DNA of 64,000 nucleotides from Antechinus flavipes (Eukaryota), in the NCBI RefSeq assembly GCF_016432865.1, contig NC_067403.1, forward strand, positions 218,426,001 through 218,490,000, in the 5' to 3' direction. Below the pieces are notes generated by a model. That model worked only from the letters and a program-made list of their open reading frames with translations. It ran no database searches and was not told the DNA's origin. The translations under genes were made by a program, and so were the position numbers. The first letter of the stretch is position 1; each line of letters starts with the position of its first letter. This document shows, piece by piece, positions 1 through 13,480 of this stretch.

Positions 1-99
1 AAACACAGTTTACACAAATATGGAACTTAATAATCTGAGAACTAATAATTTTTCATGGGTAAGACAAACCAGTGTCAATACTAGTTACTTATTCAGTGT

Positions 100-400
100 T
101 GGTTATTAATCAATTTATCTAAAGAATATTTTATAGAACTAGAAAAAAATCACATAATTCATTGGAGGAACAATAGCCAAAGCTATCTATCATGGGAAAT
201 AAGTTTTTTTAAAAGTAGAAAAGTACGCATATCTCACAGTACTGCATCTTTGACTCTACTACAAAACAGTCATCATCAAAATAACTTGGTGCTGATTAAG
301 AAATAGAAATTTTGGTTAGTGAGATAAAGGACACAATATGCAGAAGCAAACAAGCAAATAGGGGAAAATTGGCTGGGGTTTTGAAAAACAGACAATACAG
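100..400 (+). mobile_element. Old L1 ORF2 fragment
   Basis: Degenerate FIELEK...WxNxxxxI and YYKxVIIKxxWxW motifs of L1 ORF2. Confidence 0.7.
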
Positions 401-1934
401 CCATACTCTTCCAATTTATCATCCATTAGAAGGTAAACTTCAAGCCTGACACATAGAAAGCACTTATTTAATCATCATTAATCAATCATTTAATCAACAA
501 ATATTTATTGATAAATTAGTATGTGCCGGGCATTGTGTTTAATGAGAAGGATACAAGAATAATAGTGAAACATTTCCTGCTTTGGGAAACTTACAGTAGG
601 CAAAATTATTTCATGGGGACATTTATTTCCAAAGAACTGGTATCATAAATGGGTGATAGGCTAAGGAAAATTGCAATGAAGATTATAGTGCTTATTGATT
701 TTAATGCATAAGAGGCCTCCTAATGAAGTAAAATTGCTCAGAACTCCTTTATTTATTTCATTCTATAATGATGTTCTTTGAGTGGCAAATAAAGAACATC
801 CAAATTTCATTTTCTTACCTACGAAGGCTTTAACAATCTGACCAGATACCTTAGTTGCTTCCAAATACAACAGGAGCTATCCTGCTGTACTGTAGTTAAT
901 CATAAGACTTTCAGCACCAATGCTAAGCCAAATCAATAATAAAAATGTTACAACAATAAACAATTTAATTTAAAGGACTTGGTATGTGAACAGTCCAACT
1001 CTTCAGCTTGAAATGTTCCAATTAAAAGAAATTGGGGGAGAGAAAAGCATGCTCTAAAGGAGATTGCAATTTTCATTGTAATTTGTGTGATTTCACTACA
1101 TATTTCTTCTTTCAATTGCAATCAGAGCTGCAAATGAAGCGTCACACCTTTTATAACTACTCCCACTTATTTTCCCCAACGAATTTCCACTGCCTTTTTT
1201 TTCTGTTAAGCTGTTAATTCTTCTTCTGTCTCATTGCACTCAGTGTCAAAGGTACAAAAAAATCTCACTATCCCTTCTTTTCCCCTGTGAGAAATTCAGA
1301 AATCCATTTTGGTTTGGGCTGAGACTAGAAAAAATTTGGTTTTCCCTAAAATCTGAATTGGAATAATCTCCAAATAATTGACCACATGTTTTACTTACAT
1401 GCTTCTACAGCTTTGTTCTTAATGAATAAAAGTCCCTTTTCTGCATGGGGAACATATTGGGAAATATGGGTGAGTTGGTAGATATTGTTTACAAGGACAG
1501 AGACTCATGGATTATGTAAATTGATCATTAAGAGTTTAACTGCACTGGGGAAGATGTCATGGTAGTGTGACTAGATTGCAAAGAAATGTTTAAAGATGAA
1601 ATTTGATCTACAGCCTGGTGTGTAATGCTTTTATCCCATTGCTGTGTTTGTGAATATTAAGCTAATGAACTCTCCTTAATGATCATGGTGAGTTTTTGCT
1701 AAGCTTTTATTTAAATTTTTGGCACTTAACTCAGTGTAAGTCCTTAATAAATGCTTGTGGACTGACTGACTAAAGGGAAATAAATGCATTGGGTTATTTT
1801 GGAATCTTTCCTAATGGTATCATTATTTATGGAGATTTGAAATTGAGTTGTATACATTTGGATCTAAGTAAATAAATCCAGCCAGATCATTATATGTCCT
1901 TGGATGTTCCAGGGTCTCTTGTCCATTCATGTGA

Positions 1935-2140
1935 CAGGTACAACTGAATACTGAACTTGGAATCGAGAATATTTGAGTTTTAATTCTGTCTTAGATATTT
2001 ATTAGCTGTCTTGACAAGTCACTTAGCCTCTTTCACTTAGTTTTTTTTATCTGTAAAATGGAATAATAATGAACCTACTTCACAACATCGTTTTGAGGTT
2101 CCGCTAAGATATTTGCAAATTGCTATATAAATGTGAGTTA
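1935..2140 (+). mobile_element. MIR SINE
   Basis: CORE motifs acaagtcacttagcctct...tctgtaaaatggaataataat. Confidence 0.75.
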
Positions 2141-2774
2141 CTGGTGTTTGTTTATTTGTTTTCATAAATCTTTTATTTATGGATGGTATGGACATGAGGC
2201 CTTCTCAGAAAAATGACCACTGCCATACTTTAGGGCTACAGCTCCAGGAAAACCCTCTTCCTTGCACCCTTGCTTAATCTCACACAAACCACTCTGTAAT
2301 CTATAGTCCCCCTGCTCTTGTACTCTGAAGTGGAATGGGTCTCCAGGACAGATTGTAAATCTGACTTTAAGTCAGGGACAGCCGGGGCCCAAGTTTAGGA
2401 TATCAAAAAAATTTGCTCTGTTGCCCATCCTCTGCCTCACTCCATCAGACTATGCTAGTGGAGACGACAATCTTGTCCTGCAGGAACTGAATAAAGTGCT
2501 TTCTGCTCTGACTCTGAAAAATGTCAATTTGAATTATTTTAGGTTAGTGGTCACTGTCCCACACACCTACACATGCCTATTTATTTTTACAATTTCCCCA
2601 AACCTCAATTTTTAGAGGAAAATCTAAGATTCTGATCTTTTCCATGTAATTTTTTTCTCCATCAGCCTACTATCATCCAGAGCAGTCATTCTATTCCTCC
2701 GAATATGACATCAACATATAATTATCAGTATTTCATATACAAAGTTCTGGCACTATTTATCCATTTCTATTCTT

Positions 2775-2917
2775 TATTTTCCCCTGAAGCAATTGGGGTT
2801 GTGACTTACCCAGGGTCACACAGCTAGGAAGTGTTAAGTGTCTAAGACCATATTTGAACTCAGGTCCTCCTGACTTCAGGACTGGTGCTCTATTCACTGC
2901 ACCACCTAGATGCCCCA
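2775..2917 (-). mobile_element. Young WSINE1-like SINE with TSD
   Basis: Short tRNA/CORE SINE flanked by atcca(t/c)ttctattctt repeats (2759-2774 and 2918-2933). Confidence 0.85.
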
Positions 2918-3469
2918 ATCCACTTCTATTCTTAAGAGGGTTATTTCCTGGGGTAGGCTGTTTATATTTTTGTTGTGGAGGAAGGGGAGAGGGGAATAGT
3001 TTTTTTTTCTTTTAAGACTTTCCATGGGGGTGATGCTATAGTTTTGTGACATTTGGCACAGATAAGCATTCAATCACTAGTTTTATTCATTCAGTTTGAA
3101 TTCGTGAAAATTAATTAAAGAATTTTTTGAAGGAGATTTTTGAAATGAATAATTGCTATAATACTAAAAATTAACATTTATATATCACTTTAAGGTTTGC
3201 AAATATTTAATTTTATCCTTACAACAAATCTGATAAATAAGTACTTTTATTTTATAGATGAAGAAATAAGTAGACTGAGATTATGGGACTTGTCATATAT
3301 CTGTTAAGTATTTCAGGCAGAATTTTTTCCTGACATACTCAAGTGTTCTACCTACTCTGTCACAGGGATTGTGCAAGCTCTGACTTCATTATCTTAGCTC
3401 ATATCTTCCTGATCATTTTTTTCCCTTGGCTTCTACTTTTAATTCATAGCAGCATATTCTTTTAAAAGT

Positions 3470-4325
3470 TTTTTTTAATATAATTCTTCACATTACTATT
3501 ATTTCCCAATAACTCACCCTGAATTCCTATGTAAAACTCCCTCCTGCAAAAAGAAAAACAACCAACACATAGACCTAGGATGATGATATGCAACATCCTA
3601 TAGCCACAGAGTACTAGCTCTCTATTAAAAGGAAGAAAATATGTTTTGTCATCAGTCTTCGGGAGTCAGGTTTGGTCAGTCTAACAACCAGCATTCTAAT
3701 ATCTTTCCATAGTGTTTTCATTTACATTAGTGGGGTCGTTATATATGTTCTCTTGGTTTTGCTTTCTTTTCTGTATATCCATTCTTCAAAGTCCTTGAAT
3801 TTCTTTTAATTCTTTTTAGTTTTTTTAATCTCTCATTTTCCAATTACATGTAAAAATATTTAATAGTATTTTAGAAAAATTTTGAGTTTCAGATTCTTTC
3901 CCTTCCTCACTCCCTCTGTCACAATGAAAAAACAAGCAATTTGTAATAGATTATATTTGTATTGTCATGAAAAATATATTTATATTTTACTCATGTAAAA
4001 GAAAACACAGATCCCCCCAAAAAAATCCCCAAGAAAAATAAAAATAAAGTTGAACATAATATGTTTTAATTTGTATTCATATTCATCAGTTCTGTCTCTG
4101 GGAGATACTATTTTTCATCTTGAGTGCTTTGGAATTATCTTGGATCATTATATTGCTGAGAATTGCTAAATCATTCACAACTGATCATTGTATAATGTTA
4201 TTACCATATACCATGTTTTCTCCTGGTTCTGCTCATTTCACTTTGTCTCAGTTTAATGACATCTTCCCAGGTCTTTTCTGGAAGCATACTGCTCAGCTCC
4301 TAGTATTCCAAATGAGTATTTTTTA
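3470..4325 (-). mobile_element. Two stacked L1 3'-end fragments
   Basis: Reverse-oriented marsupial L1 3' UTR sequence (ttttccaattacatgtaaaaat...; ttctcctggttctgctcatttcact) with T-rich tails. Confidence 0.75.
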
Positions 4326-4339
4326 AGACAAAAACATAT

Positions 4340-5465
4340 TTTATTACATTTATATGCCAGATAAGAAAAACCCTTTATAGTGGAGGGGAAGAGGGAGACA
4401 GAGAGGGAAGTGAGTGAATGTTACTCTAATCAGAATTAAGTCAAAGAGGAAATAACATGCACAGTCAATATGGGTACAGAAATCTATCTTAACCTTCAAG
4501 AAAGTAGGAGGGGAAATGGGATATAAGAATGGGGGATGGTTTTAGAAGAGAGGGCATATTAGGGGAAGGGGTGATCAGAATCAAAACACTTTTGAGGAGG
4601 GACAGGATAAAAGAAGAGAAAGAATAGAATAAACAGTGGGAAAATAGAGTTAGCAATAGTAATTATGAAAAAAAAATTTGAAGCAAGTTTCTCTGATAAA
4701 GACTTCATTTCTCAAAAATATACAAAACTAAATAGAATTTATAAAAAAATAATAAGAGCCATTACCCAATTGATAAATGATCAAGATATGAACTATGTGT
4801 AAAGGGCTATAAAATATGCATATCCTTTGACCTAACTAGAGATGAATCCAAAATAATTTTTTTTAAAAAAGGAAAATGATCAATGTGTACAAAAATCTTT
4901 ATAGCAATTCTTTTTTTTCAGGCCAAAGAATTGGAATTCAGGGAATGCCTATCAATTGGAGAATGACTGACTAAATTGTGGTATAAGATTATGATGGTAT
5001 GATCAGGATGTTCTCAGAAAAACTTGGAAATTCCTACATGAGCTTCTGCAAAGTGAAATGTACTGAGTACAAAGTAATAGCAATATTGAGGGAGATGCAG
5101 CTGTGAATAACTTTGCTATTTTTATCAATACAATGATCCAAGACTATTCTGAAGTTCTTATGATGAAAAATGCATTCATACTCATAAAAATAACTAGTTA
5201 TGTCTGATCACAAATTGAAGCATAATAATTTTTTCTTGAGGGTTTTTTGGAGGGAGAATCTACATTTTCTTAAAACAATTTCTTAAAAGAATTCTTTGAA
5301 AGAATTTTTTAAAATGTGATTTTAAGGAAATGTTTTGAATAACTTCATATGTACTTTCTCAATATGGGGAGAGGGAAGAGGAAGGGAAAGAATCTGGAAC
5401 TTAAAGTTTTAAAAACAAATGTAAAAAATTGTTAACTGGGGAAAATAAAAGTATTAAACCATTAA
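4340..5465 (+). mobile_element. Internally deleted L1 (inter-ORF region joined to ORF2 C-terminal part and 3' UTR)
   Basis: The inter-ORF sequence and ORF2-start-like ttagcaatagtaattatgaa (~4650-4668) join directly to SDKxxISxxYxxLxxIYK...PIDK. A 3' UTR and A-rich end follow. Confidence 0.7.
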
Positions 5466-5624
5466 AACATCTATATGTCAAAATTTTTCAGCTATTCCAC
5501 ATTCAATAGGTACTCTCTTCCAAGGTGCCATTTGGCTAAAGGAATAATAATAGTAATGCTGAGCTAAAATGCAGTACTTTTCCTACCATCCTCAGGTGCA
5601 GAAATAACATTTAAAATTTCAAAC

Positions 5625-5680
5625 TTTAGTAGTTTTTAATTAAGCTTACAATTGCCCTAAGAATTTGGGGACACCCTGTA
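5625..5680. mobile_element. Half of a Tc1/mariner-type MITE
   Basis: Ends ...ctaagaatttggggacaccctgta, the reverse complement of the TACAGGGTGTCCC-type TIR. The partner TIR is not seen. Confidence 0.45.
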
Positions 5681-5739
5681 TAGTGAGTCAACATTTTTTT
5701 TTAAGTATTTACTACTACCAGTCACTGTGCTGAACCAAG

Positions 5740-6060
5740 ATTTGACAAGTGGGATGAGTAAGAGTGAATGACAGAAGATGACACTGAGGTTATAAGTCCC
5801 ATTGACTGGGAGAATGATTTAACAGTAGTGAGGCAGTTTGGAAAAGGGAGGGTTTGGGGGCTAAAGCTAATGAGTTCTCTTTTGGACATGATGGGTTGGA
5901 GATGCCTACAAGGAGATCTAGCCTGAGATGTCTAAAGAATAGTGATTCATTACTATAGTTCAGGAGGTATGCTAGGGCTGGATATATGTCTCAGAATTAT
6001 CCACATAAAGATGATAATTGATCTCACAGGAGCTGATAAAATCACCAAATGTGGTAGTAT
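5740..6060 (-). mobile_element. L2 fragment
   Basis: gatgacactgaggtt...gactgggagaatg...ttttggacatg..gttgagatgcc pattern of L2. Confidence 0.7.
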
Positions 6061-6069
6061 ATACTAAAA

Positions 6070-6470
6070 TCTCTAACCTCTTAGACTTAAATAAACCTCA
6101 AAGTTATTGCTATACTATCCAGATTTTATCAAGTCTCAGTTACTTTCTCCCTAGCAACTTCCCCCAGCACTTGAGGCTTTCTTCCTTTGGAAGCTCTCTC
6201 TGCTCCAGCTCCTTTATCCTGTTGGTGAGTTCATTCCAAGACCTCCATTTTGGGTATGGTCCAGTCCACTAATTCTTCATTCTACTTCCTGGTTGTGCTG
6301 CTCACATTCTGGACTTTACCATCACGGTTCCCTTTTATTTGTTGTTTCCCCTCGTTATAAGGTAAACTTCTCAAGGGAAAGTACTGTTTTTCTTAGTGAT
6401 TGCATTTTTGTCCTTGGACCTTGGTATTTAGCACTGTACCTGACATCTAAAAAGCATTTAATAAATTCTT
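6070..6470 (+). mobile_element. L2 3' end
   Basis: Ends with ...gtaaacttctcaaggg...tagcactgtacctgaca..aagcatttaataaat, the L2 terminus. Confidence 0.65.
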
Positions 6471-7931
6471 CTTCCTTGTCTTCTTTTATTAAAAATATAA
6501 TCACTGATTATCCCACAAAAATGATTTTAAAATTTTAGCTTTAGCCAAGATCTCAGCCAGCTACTTTTAGCCATTACTGTTAATCTTGACTTTGAACTTC
6601 TGTTCATACAGTCCTACCATTCAGTTCACTCAGGATACTGTTAAAATAGCTTCCCAAGGATTTTCATTATAATGTTTCCTAGTAACATAAAGGTTAAAAT
6701 ACTCTTCTTAGGAAAGAAGCTCTTTTTTAATACTCTTTCTATCTTCATATTATCTTTCTTCATCAATGACTCTCCATCTCTTTAGAAATAAATTCAGTCT
6801 CTTTACAAATAATTAAAGCTTATTCTTTACAAAGAACATTTAAAACTATTTATATCCTCAGTCTCCACATATATAAAAGTTAAACTAACATATATTCCAT
6901 TGCATATTTCCTTGACAAGTTAAATCATTATTGTCCAAAGTTAGAAAGCTTCTTAAAAAACTATATTTTCAATAGTTCGGTGTTACATTTAGTTTATCTC
7001 AGCTCCCCTCCTTGAAAGGGTTAATCCATTTAATGATAGACTATCTGCCCTATGTTTGAGCTATCTTGATTGGTGGGAAAGGAAGAGAAACTTCACCTCT
7101 TTCTATTTTGTCTGCCTCTGATCAAATCTCATGTTCATCTACTCTGGACAGTTCCTTAGTCACCACTTCCCTATACATATATGTTATTTTCCTATGTTAG
7201 GATGTAAACTCCTTGAGGGCAGGAAGCATCTCGCTTAAGTAGATGAATTTCCAAAACTTTGCAATGCCTGAAACAAAGAAACTGTTGGGCTTCTCTGCCA
7301 TTGGCTGAAATGTGTTGGAGCAATGTCCCACTTCATTTGGCTCTGTCTGATTGCTTTTACATTTGCAAAACAACAGTCATATTTCTGTTTGAATATTTTT
7401 CAAATTGATTAGTATTGCTAGGGCTTCCATGGCACTTCAAGGAACTTCTCCTGCCATATTTCTGCCTCCTAACAATCCTTCCCTGTGTGGACTGGTTCAA
7501 AATTATTATAATGCTTGGTATTTCTATGAGAGAAATGCCCTTCTGACCTCCTGGCTGGCTGTGTTTGACCAATTAGAAAAGCTACCTCATTTTAGTAGCC
7601 GGAAAGTTTGTTTAGCTGTGAGGATTGCTTACTGGGAAAAAAGGGGAAATACTCAGCACACTGAACAGTCCTGAGCCAAGAACTATTGCTGAGCAACTTT
7701 ATATAACCAGACAGTCTGGATTTGATGTCTATGATTCACCTCTGCAACTAGACTATAAGTTTTGAAAGGCTGGTACAATAAGTAAAATATAACTTTACAT
7801 CTTCCATTCCTAATACATGTTTTAGGGCTTTGTTGGCAATTATTATGTGTGCTAATTAGATTTCCTGACTAATTTATAAAAATTAGACATTCTATGAAAA
7901 TTCAGATGTGGTAGAAAGATATTAGTAACTC

Positions 7932-8136
7932 NNNNNNNNNNNNNNNNNNNNNNNNNNNNNNNNNNNNNNNNNNNNNNNNNNNNNNNNNNNNNNNNNNNNN
8001 NNNNNNNNNNNNNNNNNNNNNNNNNNNNNNNNNNNNNNNNNNNNNNNNNNNNNNNNNNNNNNNNNNNNNNNNNNNNNNNNNNNNNNNNNNNNNNNNNNNN
8101 NNNNNNNNNNNNNNNNNNNNNNNNNNNNNNNNNNNN
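7932..8136. other. Assembly gap
   Basis: Run of N. Confidence 1.
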
Positions 8137-10916
8137 AGAAGTCAGAAAGCATCTTGGACTTTAGTGGTAACCGGGAAGGTCTGAACTTCTAAAATTATAA
8201 CTTATGGGCCATGCTTTTCATTTACAGTCAATCAATAAAGATGTTTGGCTCTTAGCAAAGGCATTTGTTAATTTGACAAAATACAAACAGTAGCTACAAA
8301 AATTTACCCCATAGACCTGCCTCACATTCATGCATAAATACAAATAGAATCAAATATAAGTAGAATTAAAGACAAATACATTAGAAGTCAGAGTGCAGTG
8401 GTAGTGAAGTACACATAGAGCATACATATGTCAGAGAAAACTTGCAACTCCTGGTATTATAATGCCTGAGAGTAGATGTAGTGTCTTTTTGGGTCATATT
8501 ACTAAACTGCATTCTTAGGATCTGCTCTGGTTCATGGCCCAACTCTCTACTCTTAGAAGTCATTCTCTTTGAAGTCGCTTTTCCCTTGGGTAACCGCCTC
8601 TCTATATTCATGACTGTTTAGAGTGTTTCTAAAAGACTGAAGGGAAGCTGCAAAGCAAGAGACATTACTGGGGCCTTGATGGTTGGAGCAGAGAGGTAGA
8701 CTTAGGTGAAGTAGTAATAGTAATTAAATATAATAATAACTGATAATAGGATCATAGGGCTAAAGGTCTGATAATTAGTTCCTCCCATTTCACTGATAAT
8801 AAAACTGAGATTGAGAGAGATTAAGTGACTTGCCCATGATTACAGAACTAGTAAATGACTGAAATAGAATTTGAAGCTATATTTCTAGAGTGAACAGCTT
8901 ATTGCAAAAATAACCAGGATCCTAAAATTTTTCATTTTGGCCTATTATAATTTTACTCGTTCTCTCCAGATGGATTGACCTTATCAGTGGTCTGAATGGA
9001 GCAAAATGGAGCAGCAAACCACATTTCTGTGACATTTAGCACTAACCATGACCTTGGATAAATTCTATTTTTGTTATGACTCAGAATCTAAAGTATCCAG
9101 AGTTCTAATTTTAATACTTTCTCTTTTTTGTAGCTATATTTTATTCATATTTTAATACTTTCTTTAAAATGATAGAAACTTTCAAATGTGCAGGTACCCC
9201 CTAGATTAACACAAGTCTTAAATCTTATGCCTTAGTAAAGGGCCTATAGCCTCCTTTCATCAGCTGGTGACTCATCTTCCGATGGTGAGCATTTTCTAGT
9301 TTAGCTAGGTGAGTCCTCATTAATGGGTAAATCCATGGGATATGTCTAGACTTATCCTAAAATCTTTTTTAGTTTATTAAGAACTGTCAAATGTTTGTGT
9401 TCCTTGAGCTGACATAGCCTTTGAGAATTAATGGTCACCTCCACACCATAAGAAAGTATTGGAAAAAGACTTTAAACTATCTTATTGCACTATGAGCTAA
9501 GAAATCATAGGTATTGATTTTAAAAAGAAAAAATCCAAGGTACTAGGATTGGGACTTTCTACAAAATACCTGAAAATGTGAAGCTCTGACGATTGTGAAT
9601 AAATACTACAGGGCAAATTGTATATGTTTTACTCTCCAACTATTTAGGAGATTATAGGATCAGCCACCCTTCATGGATTTTCTGATATAGCTAAAAGGTT
9701 CTAAATTACAATGTGGTAGCAATTCATGTATGTTTATACTTCCTTCCACCATATCCTGCAAAGCTGGTCCCATGATTTTTCAAAACAGGAAAAAAATTAA
9801 TGATCTTTTTTTTTTTTTTGGAATTCTACTTAGTCTCTCAATTTCTCAATCTGCTTTTTTTTAAATTTTATTTGACTTAGAATACCATATAGATCTTTTT
9901 TTTTATGTACAAAGGCTGATGTTTCAATTATCATCTGTCAACAGATAGAAGTTTTCCAGAGATTTGGAATTTGGTTCTCACATCTCCATCACATCCATGT
10001 CAGTGGCACTCCTTATCCAAAAGGAGTATCTAAAGGGATATATGATATTTGGTCATTAAGCTCAAATTAAAATTGTTAAGCTATGATCCAAAAAAAAATC
10101 ATAACTAAATTACATCTCCCCTTGAGTCAGGCTCAATCCTTCTCATGAGCTCATTTGATTATGTTAGCTCCCACTGACAGGATATCACAGCTCTCTGTAG
10201 GTGACATTTTATGTGTCAGTGACCTTGAACTCACATGAAGAGATGACTGTATAATTTTGCTTAGAAGAAATCTAAGTTAACTTTATTGGAAAGATACAGC
10301 TTAAATTAAGAAAAGTAACAACAAAACAATGAAAACATCTTTGATCTCAATCAATACAACTTCCACCCATGCCTATTTCCATCCATCCACCTTCCCCCAC
10401 TCTAGTTTTGGGACAAAATACCAAGATTCAGGTTTCCAGAGTCCTAAGTTCTTTAAGATATCTAAGTGGGTGGTCTACGGCACTCCTATGAGCTTGTGAA
10501 TGTCTCAACTCCGAAGCTTGGACAACTCATCTTAACAATGATTCATTCTTTTTTTTTCACTGTAATCCTGACCTAATTACTCCTGCATCCTGATTTCATT
10601 TGTACTCTTTTACTAGACTGTTTTTCTTGAAATAAAGTAGGAATTTAGTAAATGATTATTCACTTGAGAAGTCTTATAGCATCATCAATGTTCAGAAACT
10701 ACTAGAGTTTCTTTGCCATTTCTGGTTCACTTAGCAGCTCTAAATGGATAGAGATTACTTCAAGGAAACCAGAATTGAATGAGTGGCCCTCCAAGGCAGA
10801 GGATCGAGGATGGTGCTCTGAATTATGAATATCAGAGTGGGTAATGTTCTCTCCTCTCCCTATCCCCAAGAATGAGATAGAAGAGAAAAGGCAATTACAT
10901 TTTTTTGAAATTCCAA

Positions 10917-11175
10917 GCAGCTAAGTGGTGGATAGAGTACTAGTTTAGGAGTCAAGAAGACCTAAATTCAAAATAGGCTTTAGACACCTACTAGCTGTGT
11001 GACCTTGGGCAAGTTATTTAACCTTATTTGCCTTGATTTCCTAAACTGTAAAAAAAAAAAAAAAAGCTAGAGAAGGAAATTGCAAATTGCAAATCATTCT
11101 GGCATTCCTGCCAAGAAAACCCCCAAAAGGGGTCACAAAGAGTTGAACATGGTTGAAATGGCCAAACAATAAAAA
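10917..11175 (+). mobile_element. Marsupial CORE-SINE (Mar1/WSINE-like, long form)
   Basis: gcagcta.gtgg..gatagag head, ctagctgtgtgaccttgggcaagt core, gccaagaaaacccc...gggtcacaaagagt tail. Confidence 0.85.
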
Positions 11176-11844
11176 GTATTTCAAGAATATTTCACTATTT
11201 TTTTTCTGTGAAAAATAAATGATGGTAATAATTATCAGGTTTTAGTCAATGTAAGAATGATGAATGTTTTAATCAAACCTTCAATTACGGTTGTAATTTT
11301 TTTTATATTCCCTTTAGTAGTTATCATTGATTAAATGTTCAGCCCAATTTCACCTCTGTAAATTCAGAGTCCAGTAGTTTGCTTTATGAAGTCATAAAAA
11401 AGGTTATACTTTCCTCCACTTAAAAGACTGATAATAATTTCCATAAAGCAACAGAGAGATTTATGACAGTCTGGCCTCTGATCTATGAGTAAGGGATCTG
11501 GGTTGCTTTTTACAGTTTCCCTGTTTACATATTTCCCTGCTCCCCAACCATTCCTAGCACCATGCTTTTTTCAAAGGCATCAGTTGATGGACTTGCACTT
11601 GAAAACCTTTATTTGGATACTATGTTCAATTTCCTTCTTTTTGTTTTCCACATCTGGAATTATTCTTTTTTAATATTATTTTCCATGTCTACTATGTCTT
11701 CTGGTTTCCCTTTTACTCCTCAAAATTCTCTTCTTTCAAGGCTCAGAACAAGGGCCATCTAGTTCCCATAGCCTTCCCTGGATATTTCAGTCCACTCTGA
11801 TACATTCACTTTTCCAAATACCTATAGCATTTACCATAAGTATA

Positions 11845-12022
11845 AGGGCCATCTTTATTTGTCTTGATCTATATCTTGTCACTGGACCCAGATGGTTCTA
11901 GAGAGAAAACTGAGGCAGATGATCTTGCAATAGCCCTCCCTCACTTAAATCCAATTCACTTGCCTATAATGGCACACTTCCCTGATGTCATGATCCTTTT
12001 CAAAAATGAAGAATAAAAAACA
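11845..12022 (+). mobile_element. RTE-related SINE 3' part (WALLSI-like)
   Basis: actggacccagatgg...ccctccctcacttaaatccaattcacttg...tgatgtcatg; a second copy is at 39600-39768. Confidence 0.7.
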
Positions 12023-12482
12023 ATAAGGGAATATTAGCAGTCAATGATAAATAATTTAGCAATATTAATTTTCTTTTCACATGAAAATCTAGTAAGAAAA
12101 ATGACCTCATAGACACAATTAGTTATATAGGAGAAAAAAATTTTTAAAGCAAATTCATCCAAAATTTGTGAATTTATAAAAAGGTTTCTTTAAAACATAT
12201 TAAATATAGTCATAAAACAGTATTGATTGAACTCAGTCATTTTTTGAGAACTCTCTACCTTTAACTCATCCATAATTTATAGTCTTGAAGGGCTGCTTGA
12301 GGATGAGAGAAAGTAAATTACCTATTGTCTCACTTCCTAGGAAGCCTGAAAGGTGGGATTCCACCCAAGGTTTTCCTGGATAGCAAATACTCTATCCTCT
12401 GGGCAACAATGACTCTTATTTTATTTCCTGTACTAAGTGAAATTTTCTCAAGTATTTAAGTTATTCAATAAAACATTATGTC

Positions 12483-12655
12483 GGCAGCTATAGATGCCAC
12501 AGTGAATGGAGTACCAATTCTGGAGTGAGGAGTATCTGAATTCAAATCTAGCCTCAGACACTTAAAACTTACTAGCTATGTGACCTTATATAAGCCATTT
12601 AATCCCAATTGACTTGCCAAAAAATGAAAAAAAAAACAAAAATAAAACAAAAACC
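12483..12655 (+). mobile_element. WSINE1-like SINE
   Basis: ggcagcta...gaattcaaatctagcctcagacactt...ctagctatgtgacc, followed by an A-rich tail. Confidence 0.8.
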
Positions 12656-13115
12656 TTACTGCATGCAGTACTCTGTAGTAGGTTCTGGGGATAACATGGA
12701 CAAAAATAAATTGCCCATTTCCCAAAGGAGTTTATATTCCAACAGGAAATAGTGCTTGAAGATACAACATATACACAGATAAATATATCAAAAAGTTCAG
12801 TGGATCTGTGATATCATTGATGTTTGTACTCTTTACAACGATGCTCATCACAATCCATCCATGACTTCCCATCCCGTGCTTTCATTGAAACCTGGGAAGA
12901 CTTGAATGAACTGATGTAGAGTAAAGTGAATAGAACAAGAATAATTTATACTATACTACAATGAAAAAAAAAGTAATCCTAAAAGAATTAAGAATACTGA
13001 TCAAGGATTAACCATGATTCCACAGGACTGGCAATTAAAAATCCTGGCTATTTGCTATTGGAGAAAATGAAATATTCAGAGAGAGATATATGTACAATAA
13101 GAATTTGCTGTGTTT

Positions 13116-13480
13116 CGTGAGGTGATCTAGGCCAATTCCAATGGTGTTGTGATGAAGAGAGCCAACTATACCCAGAGAGAGGAGTATGGGGATTGAATGT
13201 GGATCACAACACAGAATTTTTTGTTATTGTTTGCTTGCATTTTTTTCTTTTTGATCTGATTTTTCTTGTGCTACATGATCATTGTGGAAATATGTATAGA
13301 ACGAAGAATTGAATATGTCCAATATATTGGATTACTTACCTTATGAGAGGGGAAGGAGGAAGAAAAAAATTTGCAACACAAAGGTTTGCAAGAGTGAATG
13401 TTGAAAATTATCTATGAATGTATTTTAAAAATAAAGTTAAAAAAGGTAAAAAAATAAAAAAATTGCATCAGTATTAAAAA
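13116..13480 (+). mobile_element. Younger L1 3' end nested in an older L1 3' end (12885-13115 + 13496-13595)
   Basis: L1 3' UTR with a poly-A tail, bounded by aagaatttgctgtgttt (13099-13115) and aagaatttgttgttt (13481-13495). Confidence 0.75.

Noticed and set aside
2190-2526. AATAAA...TGTCA ending suggestive of an LTR
   Set aside because: No defined TG start, TATA or TSD could be found, so the evidence is insufficient.
7922-8152. ORFs spanning N runs (also 38568-38986)
   Set aside because: Artefacts of assembly gaps.
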